From Chrysomallon squamiferum (taxonomy: Eukaryota; Animalia; Mollusca): DNA of 64,000 bases. This document shows, piece by piece, positions 53,501 through 64,000 of the stretch. Made by a program: the position numbers and the translations under genes. The stretch lies in the NCBI GenBank assembly GCA_012295275.1, contig CM022670.1, positions 22,010,001-22,074,000 of the forward strand, written 5' to 3'. The notes under the pieces were generated by a model, which made no database searches, was not told the DNA's origin, and saw only the letters and a program-made list of their open reading frames with translations. Position 1 is the first letter of the stretch. Every line of letters starts with the position of its first letter.

Positions 53501-56500
53501 ACACTAACTATAACAAATGAGATTACTAATAATTAATATTTAAATGTAACTGTATATCCCTGTTTGTATATTTAATAATTTATTATTTTTGTCTTTATCA
53601 AAAAAATGTTTGAAATTACTTTCAGTTCCCATGATGCAGTTCAAAAAAGAAGAGTATGAAGTGTTGGAAAACGATGTGACAGTGAAGGCTGTTGTAATGA
53701 GGTCGGGAGATGTCACTGACATTTCGACAGTGCGCTGCTACACCAGACAGGACAGTGCCAAAGTGTCAGAGGACTACGTCGAACGACCAAACACCAACGA
53801 CTCAGCCATCACCTTCCTGCCAGGTGAGAAACTCAAAGTGATAATCTCTACTGATACTGTGAAGTTTTTATCAGAAAAAAGCATAAATTTCACAGATATT
53901 CATAGTTTTATGTTTAAATATGGCAACGTGAGTGAACTGTAAAAAAAAAAAAAATGTATACATACAACTTATTATTTTATTTGTTTTGAGGGACCTGTAG
54001 ACATTAATTACAATGTTGGGCTATAGAATAATGTTGTTACAAAACAATTTTACCCCTTTACAGCCAGAGTGAGTTATGATGTGGTATAGGTTTGACAGAT
54101 AACTTATTTTCAGCTGTCAGTGCTAAAATAAACCTCAGCAAGTTAGTCCACTCACTATGCAATGACATGACTACTGAAAAATGGCAGCACTCAGATATTT
54201 TTATCTGTATTTTATTTGTTGTTATATTTCATTATTAATTAAAATTAAATACCAAAATCCAAATTAAACATAAATTAGAAGTTTATAGAATAAATTTCTT
54301 CATATCACCAAAGATATGCTTTAAGTAAAAATTGTTTATATGTTTTTTCAGTCAGAATTTGTTGTGTAATGTTTTATTCACAAAATGGTTATTTCGATGA
54401 ACAAACAGTATTGCAAAGCTAGGATAAGATGATTGATGTATGAAAATAATAAAACTTGATGTTTGCAGGTGAACATGAGCAGTTCTGTGAAGTCAAACTT
54501 GCCAATGACAGTATTTTTGAAGATGAAGAAAGTTTCCGTTTAGTGCTGGGAAACCCAATCAGTCCTTCGATTGGTTTTGCCATGATAGGCACCAGAAATG
54601 TGACAAAAATCATAATACATGACGATGGAGACAGTAAGTTGGTTTTTATCTGTATACAAATACATTACTTTAACATCATGTTAAACATTCTGTTTTTAAA
54701 TTTTTCATCTCAGTTTTAATTATTTATCAAGTTTAGTTGTTATTAGTCTTTCACACAGTCTGTTACAGAATAACTGAAGAAATTAAAAAAATGTGTACAA
54801 AAAGAAGTTAACATTATCTACTGTGTTTGCAGAGCCACTGATAACATTTGAAAAGAAGAAGTACGTGATTAAAGAGCCAATGTTCAAAGAAGAGACGATG
54901 ATTCTGAAGATTCCGGTTATCAGGAGAGGTGACATTTCAGAGAAAACAACTGTGACAGTGAACACACGAGATGGTTCAGCTTACGCTGGCAAAGACTACA
55001 ATGGTATTTTTAAAGGTATGAGTGTTTTTGTAACAGTAAACTGATTTAGTTATATGTAATTATACATTCTCTTTGGAAACTGATTTTGTAACAAACTTAC
55101 ATTACTGCTAAAAGACATATTAACTATCATTTAACATAACATTTCTATCTAATTATTGTTTTGCATTTTCAGTAATTTTATTTGCAGCAAACTAAGAACT
55201 GCTTTAAATTATATTTTGATTTTAATTTTTTTAAACATAATATCAAATTACACTTAATTTCCTATATTATTTTTACAATTATTATTTATTTATAAAACCA
55301 TATTTCATGAATTATTATTTATAAGTTATTTGTTTTTAAAGAATAAAACCATATTGTCTGACAGTACTTGGTATAATGAATCCACTTTAGCAGTTAAATA
55401 TGTAGGTAAATGTAAATTCAAACCTATTTTATTATAATAATAATTAAAAATAAAATATTTTTTTTACAGAAATTACCTTTGAGAAGAATGAGTCTAGGAA
55501 AGAAGTCAGCATTGAGATTTTACATGATGGTCTGAAGGAAATGAGAGAAGTTTTCACTGTTCATCTCAAATCTAAACTGGGAGATGTTAAAATCAAGGTG
55601 ATCATGTTTGTTAATTACTATAATTCTTTGTTAAACATTCAAATGTGAAAAATATAGCTATAATTGTGCTGACACTCTTATTACTTTTTGCATAATAATA
55701 ATGTGGGTGTAATTTACTGATGGAAGGATGGATTGATCATGTATGTATGTATGTATGTATGTATGAATGTATGTATTTCTAAGTCTAAAATGTTTCTTGT
55801 CTTTGTGAAACTATATTATACATGTACTGTTGTTTATTTGTTAACAATATGATGTGATGTTTCATGTGGATAATCCAGTGAATATGAGTAGAGAGATTGT
55901 TTTGACTGTCAGGTAATACAGCACCCAGCTGACCCAAATAACAACTTAGTCAAAAAGCATGAACAGACACATCTTCTCCTTTTCCCATAACATAAATAAA
56001 ACATGAATTTATTATACAAACCATTAATAATAACAGTTTTTATATTCATTTTGTTACTTGATGCTCTGTTTTTCTAATTTTTGAATATATTTTTTCTTTC
56101 AGATCTCAAAGGCGCTGATTTACATTGAGGAGAGAGTCAAAGTGGCTGACGTCACGTTTCCGTCCCCTCCCATCGTCCTGTCACTGCGTGACTACGACAA
56201 CGCCGAGGAAGCCTCTGAGCATCCTATACAAGGATACCCGGTTGTCTGTGTGACTGTACGTCAGTTATTTTAACTACACGATGGCTTCAATATTTCATCA
56301 TTCCAGTGAATTATATTAAATATAATAAAAAAATATTATCAAAAAGCAACAGTTAATAACAGATATAATAACGTATGGCAAAATAAAAAAATAATAATAT
56401 CTGTAAATATTGAACGTGGAATCTGGTTTATAAATCTCACAGCCAGAAAGATGCTGAAAATGTATACATGTTTATTAATTATGTGACTGTTTCTACCATT

Positions 56501-59500
56501 ACTGTTAATTGTTTTTTTTTTTTCTGCTGTAGCCATGCAACCCGAAACACCCAGATTTCTCCAAGACAGGAGAGTTGTGTGTGGCTCAGGGAATCAACGA
56601 CACGAAGACTCTGTTCAGGTGGAGGGTCTCTGCTCCTACAGGACCCGACGGTGTCACTAGTGATCTGCAGGATGTCGCATCCAACACGTTCTTTGCATCC
56701 ACCAAAGAAATCACACTTGACAGCATATACTTTTCTAGCGGTACGACCATTTTGTATTTTGCCTTGTTCGTTTTATCCTGATTATGAAAATATGAAATCT
56801 TTATTATTATTATTATTATTATTTTCATTTTTGGATATAAATAATTCAGTTAGTATGATTATACAGTATTTTTACTTTTTCATTTTATTTTAATTATTAA
56901 AATACATATCTTTATTATTATTATTTTTATTTTTATCTGTACACATAAATAAAACAAAGTATTAATAGCATTTTGATGCATTGTTGTATTTTATTCTATT
57001 AACATTTGCTGTTCTACAGAGTTTCTTTTATTATTAAAAAAAATTATTAAAATAATGTTTATTACCAGTTTTACTAATAATTTAATAAAAACAAGGTAAC
57101 ATTTATTTATCATATCATTTCAGTTATTTCCTCACATTGTCAATGTATTTGATTGGTATTAAATGATAACATACAAATGTTTGTATCAAAAGAGTTTGTG
57201 AATAAAATGATATATTAATTTGTGAACTGTTTAAAACAGGCAGCAGAATCCAGTGTGGGGCCAGGGCTGTCAACTTGGAGGGGGACCCTGGGCTGGAACT
57301 GCTCAGTAAAGTTGTGTCGGTGGATCCTTACGCAGGAATCTGTGAGCCAAGAGTCATGAATTCAGTTGGAGCAGAACCATTTGCAGCAAAAGTCAGATAC
57401 ACAGGTAAATCCTGACCTAGTACTCTGTGTTTTATTATTTTAACTTTCTGTTTATTAAAATTCATAGAATTTTTATTTTATAAAGTCAGATACATAGCTT
57501 GAATTGTCTGTATATACCACTTAACTCAATACTCATTGTTTTATTATTTTAAATTTCTGTTTATTAATGAACTTTGTAGAATTTTTATTTTATTTTAAAT
57601 ATTACATTACCATACAGTTATTTATAGGTCCTACAATTAATAATGTACTTAACATTTATAGTTTTTATTTATTTTTGTGATTCATTGTAATTTGTTTTAT
57701 TTTGTTAAGATACTATGTTATTTTACTATACTACTTCTATCACAAACTGGGAATTTTTCTGATTTAAGAGTTATTATGTTATTTATGTCTACTACTTTGT
57801 CTTATTTGGTCAAGTTTTGAATTTTATTGTGTTTATATTTTCATTTAGGACCAGATGATCCTGATCATCCAAACAAAGTCAGGTTTTCAGTAACAATTCC
57901 ACACAGAGATGGCATGCTTCCCATAGTGTCCACCCGACAGCTGTCTAACTTCGAACTGACGCTAAGTAAAGACGGGACCCGACTGGGCACGCACAGGTGT
58001 TCCAACCTCCTCGACTACAACGAACACGACACAGAGTTTGGTTTCATCACCAACACAACGAAAAACCCAAACATCATCGGAGAAACGGAACCGTATCAGT
58101 ACAGCACAGACCTGAGAACCAAACCTACTCTGAGATTCTACAAGTAAGCAGACATCTTCAGACAAACTTTATGAACCTGGAATTTAAGAAATACTAAGAT
58201 TTTTTGATGAGTCTTGTGATGTCAGATGTGTTTAACCTGCAAAGTTTATACTCCTCAAATAGTACAATTTTAGAAATTGGTTTTATTTCATTCATGGTTT
58301 TTTATTGAAATATCTAAATACACTAGTTCATATCAAGATATAAGATGAATTAATTTTACATAATATTTTGCCTCATTATTTCTTATAAACTCCATAATTA
58401 ATAAACGTTCTTCTTATAAACAAAATTCTTAGTAACAGGCTGATTTTTCATCAAAATATAACTTAATGTTTTCCAGAATTAGTTATATTTAAGATCTATG
58501 TAGAAGTTTACATCTTGGGTTATTTTTATGTTTCTGAAATGTAAAATTATTAACAATAAAAATTTATATATTACTTTTATCTGACTGATTTGAACAAAAG
58601 TTAAACAAAAGTAAAATAAACTGGTTTCAGAAATCTCAATCTGGATGCCTGTCTGTGGGAGTTTGTCAGTTACTTTGACATGTCTGAGCTGACCACTGAG
58701 TGTGGGGGGAGAATTAGTACAGACGGACAGGTACATTCACCTTTTTGTGTCGTTAACTTTTTGTAACAAATTTTTACTTTCATTACAGATAAAAGTTTTC
58801 TTAACTGTACATTATATTTTTTATTATAAAATTTAATTAATTAATTTTGATAATGAAAATTATAAAACAACACATTCTTTACCAGACTGAAGATGTACAT
58901 TACACTTAAAACAGATTTACTTTAAAGAAGAAAATACCAGAATAATAAAACAGAAGAAAATGATAGTTAAAATGATAGTTAATACAGGTTTGGACGAGGT
59001 GAGATTAAAACATAAACATGATAAACTGGATTAGCCATGAGAACAGTACATGTGTGAATTGTGGTTTGTGTTTGTTTTGTGCAGGTGCTGGATTTGAAAC
59101 AGTCGTACGTGTCCATGCAAGTTCCTATCTACGTCTCCTACGTGTTTCACTCACCAGCAGCCACTGGAGGCTGGATGCACTACGACATGAACTCTCAGCT
59201 GCAGCTCACCTTTGTCTACGACACAGCAATTTTGTGGCAGAAAGGAATCAGCTCTCCTGAAGGGGAGTCTGGTTTACAAGGTACATGTAACTGTTTTTTT
59301 GTGTGTTTTTTTAATGTGTGTTTTTTGTTTTGTATTCTTGATCAAATTAATTGTCAGGTGTTTATACATCAAAAAGAAATGTTTACAGCTGCTTTGTGTG
59401 TGTGGGTGAACTTTATGAATTATATCTGAGATAGTAAAATGTTAACTTTATCACGGTTATCTTATCTCACATAATGTTTAATCATAATTTATGTTTATCC

Positions 59501-61478
59501 TCTTCATTTTCAAACCTACAGTTTTTCTTTTCTTATAATGTAATTTTGAACCATTTTGAAATTAGCTTATACTATTTTATTTAATATAGCCTATGTATTG
59601 AATAAAATTAGACTGATAGAAGAGTATTATATAATATATTGGTTTGACCTAAGTATTTAATTTAAAAAATTTAACTAGTAGAATTGTTTAATATTCCAGA
59701 TAGTTGTTCAACCTAAGTATTTAATAAAATAACATTTAACTAGTGGAACTGTATATTATTCAGGATATTTCACTGACCTATGTCTGTAATAAAATCATTT
59801 TAACTACAAGGACAATTTATACAGGATACTTATGTAGCAGTATCAGATTTTTTTACTTTTCCATAACACAGGAAGTAGAACGTAACAGCTACGGGTGGGT
59901 TCAGACAATTTATTCGATGTCACACAAAAAATGAAGACAAGGAAAAACACCCTACGAGAACAATAAAACAACAATAAATATCACATCATAGAGTACATAT
60001 AGTATCAAGTTATAGAATAATTTACGTATATATATAACATTTATATCACAATTTAAGCAAATGTATATCTATAATACTATTCATCTCGATCATAAAATTA
60101 ATGTAAATTGAATTATCTTGCTTTAAATCCTGAGTATTTAATGCCAAACTATAAAAGCATTTGATAACATAAAGCAAATACATGTAATAAATACACTTGA
60201 TTAACATGACAAATACAACTAGTCATATACCACAGTTATACATGACAAACTGATATTTGACAAACATAATACATAAAAACTCATACCAGGTAGATGACAC
60301 CTGGGTGTAAGAAACTGGATTCTCCAGTACACTGTACAAGAACAGGACAATCTACAAATCAAATACAAGACATATAAAAGAAACTACCGATAATTACACA
60401 ATTAACACATCACATATCGCCAACCACGATTCACCAAAACATGTACACACACACATAAAAATTACACATACAAAATACATATACACAATTGACATTTCAT
60501 TCGGATTGTATGTTTTCTTTAAGCCAGCTATCTTAAACAAATGTTTATTCAATGTAATTTAATCCATATATCCAATATAAATAATAATTACTTTATATAT
60601 TCATAAAGAAATTAAACAAGTACTTTCTAATGGTGTTAAATAACAATGCATGTATACAAAACATTAAATAAAACAAAATACAGACTAACCTTTCAGATAA
60701 CATCTACTTTCAAATCATAAATTCAGTTCCACCTTTAAAATGAAATCTGGCCTGACAGTATAATCTTAGCAGGAGAAATAAACCTGAACACTTGAGCCAA
60801 GTTGTTTATTCCCTGATGGGCTTGGGAGAAGAGTTTGGGAACAATAGTTAACACGCAAGGCAAGTAACGTGTGTTAATACAGTGTAAGCTGAATGAATAG
60901 GGATAAAATAAAACTTTATTTACACACTAAGCTGACAGGAGGCAAGCAGTACATAAAACCTTACATTAATGAAAAGCCTAACTAAAACAAATACCACATA
61001 CTTCTACACTTATTTGACCTAAGTCTGTAATAAAATCATTTTTATTATTCAGGATATTTGTACCCCACAAGTCTGAGAATCCGAGATGATGACAGACTGT
61101 CAGTGACATTCAGATCAGAAGCAAGATTCCGGGGACAGTTTGTCCTCACACACCCAGGTAACATTAGAAACCAGTTTTATTTACTTTTACATAATTAGTT
61201 TCATTTTAAACAGTCACTGTAATCTGAACAAGTGAACTGCCCTAAATCAGAAGTGATAAACTGAATCAGAGTCAGTTATTACAGTTTAAACTGTTTCTAA
61301 ATTGACTGGATTAGACAAGTAATATTCCAAAGAATATTGCTCCTGTTGTTTAATAACAAATTAATGAGAAAATGTCAGACTGAGCAGTCTTGTAAGTTTG
61401 TTATTTTGTTTACACACTTGATTTTCTGTTTTAAAAATAATTAGAATAATACTGATTCACAGCAGAAATACTTTTGTT

Positions 61479-61523
<45 letters not shown>

Positions 61524-63419
61524 CAATTAAAAACACATCTTTGATAATCTAATCAACATTTATACCCCAGGTACAAGTATGACATCCATGGTTACCTCCC
61601 CTGATCATCCAGGCTTGACTTTCACTCTGAGTCTCATTAGAACTGAGCCAACGTTTGAACAGCCCGAACAACAGTGGGAATTTGTGTCAGACTATGCTGT
61701 AAGTATGCACTGTCTTAAATACCAGTTTATCATCACAGTTTTAAAATAACAAAAATATATATTTAATTTCATTAATCAGTAAGGCAGCTAAATCCAAACT
61801 GTTTAAGTTGTTACAACATGGTTATATAATTTAATTTGAACAAAACCTTATTTTAAATCTGCACAATAGAAATTCCAGGATGTTTGATTGACCAGCACCA
61901 GTAAACAAAGATAGAAAATAGATATTTCTATAGATTTCAGATATCAGCATATATTGGAGCAAAGTATTTCAAAATGTCAATAATTGTGTTATTAATGTAC
62001 TGGTTTGAAAATGGATATTTGAGAACATTAGGTCAAATTGCCAAATAAACAAGTTATTAATATACTGATAATCAAAACAGATATTTCCACAGCATTCATG
62101 TATGGGTATATACTGGAGGAAGAATGCATTGTCTATAAACCAATACTCATGATAAATATTTCCACACTATTATTTTTGAGTATATACATTGGAACAAGAT
62201 ATGAAATTGTCAACAAATTTGTTATAGCTTACTGGTAATCAAAATAAATCGATCCATACCCTTCATGTATGAATAAATTCTGGAGAAAAAGATATAAGGT
62301 GTCAATAAACAGATATTTCCATAACATCCATGTATATATTGGATGACAACATCTCAAATTGTCAATAAGTAAATTATTAACATATATGATGATTAAAATA
62401 AATGGAATGGAATGGAAAAAAATTAACGTGCTAATCCATACCCTTTATGTATGACAGGTCAGCATGCTGTCCGTAGAACAAATAAATAATTCCATACCCT
62501 TTATGTATATGCTGTAGAACAAGACATAAAATAAGTTATTAACAATCTGGTATTTAAACTGATATTTCCATACATTTCATGTATTTATTGGTTAACAATT
62601 GTTAATGAATTAAAATCTTTTCAGGTTCGTGACTATTCTGGAATGTACAAGATAAAACTGATTCCCTGTACAACATCACTGGACCAGGAATATTCCCTGC
62701 CGGTTACCTGCAACCCTCGTAATCCCCTGAATTTTGATCTGCCTATCAGATTTCAACAGGTCAGCGACCCAGTTCCCACTGAATTCAGTCTGAACACAAA
62801 CTTCCACCTGATGAGAAAACGACAGCTCTGGCTCAGTGATGGCTCCATGGGCTTTTCAGACGAAACTGATACAGCCTTCACTCCATGTAAACATTCAGTA
62901 TTTGTATTCAAAATACTAGAAAATAATCCCTTGTCTTGTAATACTAGTACATGTTTATCTTCGAATACAAAAAGATAATGTTTAGTTTAAAATATTAGAA
63001 AAATATATAACATACTGGTAAATACTATTTATGTTAAAATACTAGAAAATAATTAAAATACTGGTAAATACTAATTTTTAAATAACAGAAAATAATAATT
63101 TTAAAATATCACCAGATATTTAAAATGTTGTTAAAATAACTATTTAAAATTCCAGAAAATAATATTTATTTTAAAATATAACTAGACGTTTAAAATGTTG
63201 GTAAAATATACAATTTAAAATTCCAGAAAATAATATTTATTTTCAAATATTAATTATGCGATTTTTAAAATACTGGTAAATACTTACTTTAAAATATCAG
63301 AAAATATTGTTTTTATTTAAATAGTAGTAAACAATATTTTTTGAGACACAAGAAAATAAAATTTATTTTAAAATATTAGAAAATAATTAAAATACTAGTA
63401 AATATTTATTTCAAAATAC

Positions 63420-63450
<31 letters not shown>

Positions 63451-64000
63451 ATAAATAATAATAATAATAATAATAACAATGTTTATTTTAAAAACAGAAA
63501 ATAATGTTTATTTTCAAATACTAGCAAACAACATTTTCTTAAATACCAGAAAATATTTATGTTAAAATGTTAAGAAATACTTAAAATATTGATAATGCTG
63601 TTTTTGAAATGCTGGTAAATATTTATTTTCAAGTACTAATATTTATTTTAAAATGAAAGAAAATACTATTTAAAAAAAAAAAGCATGTTAATTATTATCT
63701 CATTTAATCATTAATGACATATTCAGCACCTTAAATATTATTTTTATTAAATGATCATTTTTAGACTTTGTTCAGTTTCATCCATCAAATGTTTCAACAT
63801 ATATACATACACATACATATGTATACATATATGTATAAATATGTATACATATGTATACATATTTTAAAAACAATTATAAGCACTATTGTAAGAAGCAAAT
63901 GCTGTATGTCTGTTACTTTCAGCGGACAAGCTGTATGGTCGAGTGAGTGTTGATCCAGTACAGAATCTAGGAAGCTCTTTTGTCATCACAGTGGAGAAAG
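17937..64000 (+). CDS. FREM2: FREM2/ECM3-like extracellular matrix protein (signal peptide, NV domain, CSPG/cadherin-like repeats, Calx-beta repeats, C-terminal conserved region); 23 exons visible, 3'-partial
   Basis: A 1664-codon first exon of CSPG repeats (..L.A.D.D.....L.F.I...P.HG......FTQ.DI..G.I.Y.H) is followed by 22 in-phase GT-AG exons with Calx-beta motifs ([32 protein letters not shown]). This matches the known architecture of vertebrate FREM2/FREM3 and sea urchin ECM3. Confidence 0.92.
35740..35829 (+). CDS. FREM2: FREM2-like exon 2
   Basis: ttgcag|(G)[29 protein letters not shown]|gtaagc. Confidence 0.9.
36340..36910. repeat. Degenerate short tandem repeat (atatcagtaaggatcat-like)
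   Basis: Recurrent ~17-20 bp motif interrupted by AT/CA tracts. Confidence 0.7.
39697..40360. repeat. Diverged direct duplication, two copies about 410 bp apart
   Basis: aatgtttacaaatacaaat...gttttatagaaa...ttggaaactttagt...gtccat/cac occurs at ~39697-40025 and ~40106-40360. Confidence 0.8.
44566..44712 (+). CDS. FREM2: FREM2-like exon 3
   Basis: tttcag|(G)[18 protein letters not shown]...[11 protein letters not shown]|gtaagt. Confidence 0.92.
46313..46393 (+). CDS. FREM2: FREM2-like exon 4
   Basis: tttcag|[26 protein letters not shown]|gtaaac. Confidence 0.9.
46946..47095 (+). CDS. FREM2: FREM2-like exon 5
   Basis: ttgaag|(G)[22 protein letters not shown]...ITDAED|gtaaaa. Confidence 0.9.
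47682..47807 (+). CDS. FREM2: FREM2-like exon 6
   Basis: ttacag|[10 protein letters not shown]...MVICSTFQ|gtatgt. Confidence 0.9.
48472..48720 (+). CDS. FREM2: FREM2-like exon 7
   Basis: ttacag|[19 protein letters not shown]...EPDSND|gtaaaa. Confidence 0.92.
49035..49184 (+). CDS. FREM2: FREM2-like exon 8
   Basis: tttcag|[31 protein letters not shown]...KSAD|gtaaac. Confidence 0.92.
49877..50086 (+). CDS. FREM2: FREM2-like exon 9
   Basis: cttcag|[17 protein letters not shown]...INDTVSD|gtgtgt. Confidence 0.92.
50100..51215. repeat. Pyrimidine-rich ~36-39 bp minisatellite
   Basis: Unit actcttcttatctgtctctcttac(a/t)cttatc(actgtc/tctac); source of spurious ORFs 50249..51268 and 50578..51258. 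Confidence 0.95.
52262..52575. repeat. 34-bp minisatellite, about 9 copies
   Basis: Unit taaaataaacaacagaactgttttgtgtttaatg. Confidence 0.95.
53626..53823 (+). CDS. FREM2: FREM2-like exon 10
   Basis: tttcag|[10 protein letters not shown]...AITFLP|gtgaga. Confidence 0.92.
54469..54633 (+). CDS. FREM2: FREM2-like exon 11
   Basis: ttgcag|[22 protein letters not shown]...IHDDGD|gtaagt. Confidence 0.92.
54833..55015 (+). CDS. FREM2: FREM2-like exon 12
   Basis: ttgcag|[10 protein letters not shown]...DYNGIFK|gtatga. Confidence 0.92.
55470..55597 (+). CDS. FREM2: FREM2-like exon 13
   Basis: ttacag|[42 protein letters not shown]|gtgatc. Confidence 0.88.
56103..56255 (+). CDS. FREM2: FREM2-like exon 14
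   Basis: tttcag|[10 protein letters not shown]...GYPVVCVT|gtacgt. Confidence 0.9.
56533..56740 (+). CDS. FREM2: FREM2-like exon 15
   Basis: ctgtag|PCNPKHPDF...ITLDSIYFS|gtacga. Confidence 0.9.
57240..57404 (+). CDS. FREM2: FREM2-like exon 16
   Basis: aaacag|[19 protein letters not shown]...FAAKVRYT|gtaaat. Confidence 0.9.
57849..58143 (+). CDS. FREM2: FREM2-like exon 17
   Basis: atttag|[10 protein letters not shown]...PTLRFY|gtaagc. Confidence 0.92.
58631..58730 (+). CDS. FREM2: FREM2-like exon 18
   Basis: tttcag|[33 protein letters not shown]|gtacat. Confidence 0.92.
59085..59280 (+). CDS. FREM2: FREM2-like exon 19
   Basis: gtgcag|[24 protein letters not shown]...ESGLQ|gtacat. Confidence 0.92.
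59833..61008. mobile_element. Solo LTR-like insertion, 1176 bp
   Basis: Ends TGTAGCAGTAT...ATACTTCTACA (11-bp inverted repeat, 1 mismatch; TG..CA); CTTA duplicated at 59829-59832 and 61009-61012; removing it restores a local tandem-repeat unit. Confidence 0.8.
61053..61157 (+). CDS. FREM2: FREM2-like exon 20
   Basis: attcag|[34 protein letters not shown]|gtaaca. Confidence 0.92.
61571..61698 (+). CDS. FREM2: FREM2-like exon 21
   Basis: ccccag|[17 protein letters not shown]...[10 protein letters not shown]|gtaagt. Confidence 0.92.
62625..62886 (+). CDS. FREM2: FREM2-like exon 22
   Basis: tttcag|[15 protein letters not shown]...DTAFTP|gtaaac. Confidence 0.92.
62900..63670. repeat. Degenerate AT-rich tandem repeat
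   Basis: Recurrent aaatactagaaaataatatttatttt. Confidence 0.7.
63923..64000 (+). CDS. FREM2: FREM2-like exon 23 (reaches window end)
   Basis: tttcag|[25 protein letters not shown]. Confidence 0.88.

Overview
This is AT-rich, microsatellite-laden animal genomic DNA (an invertebrate, plausibly a mollusc; that is inference), not prokaryotic. Three spliced genes can be rebuilt by hand with in-phase GT-AG junctions. (1) The last four exons of a receptor-type protein tyrosine phosphatase-like gene with a degenerate catalytic motif lie on the - strand (58-1225). (2) After a 200-N assembly gap (1555-1754), the 3' 12 exons of a lipoxygenase lie on the + strand (2921-13727), with all iron ligands and Gly at the Coffa site. 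(3) A FREM2/ECM3-like extracellular-matrix gene on the + strand runs from 17937 past the window end, with a ~5 kb first exon and 22 further exons. The most notable non-coding items are an inverted 165-bp copy of a lipoxygenase splice acceptor plus exon just upstream of the FREM2 promoter, a decayed duplicate exon with intact splice sites, a 1176-bp solo-LTR-like insertion with a 4-bp target-site duplication, and several minisatellites next to exons. I cannot demonstrate a new biological system; the inverted acceptor copy is the best lead.
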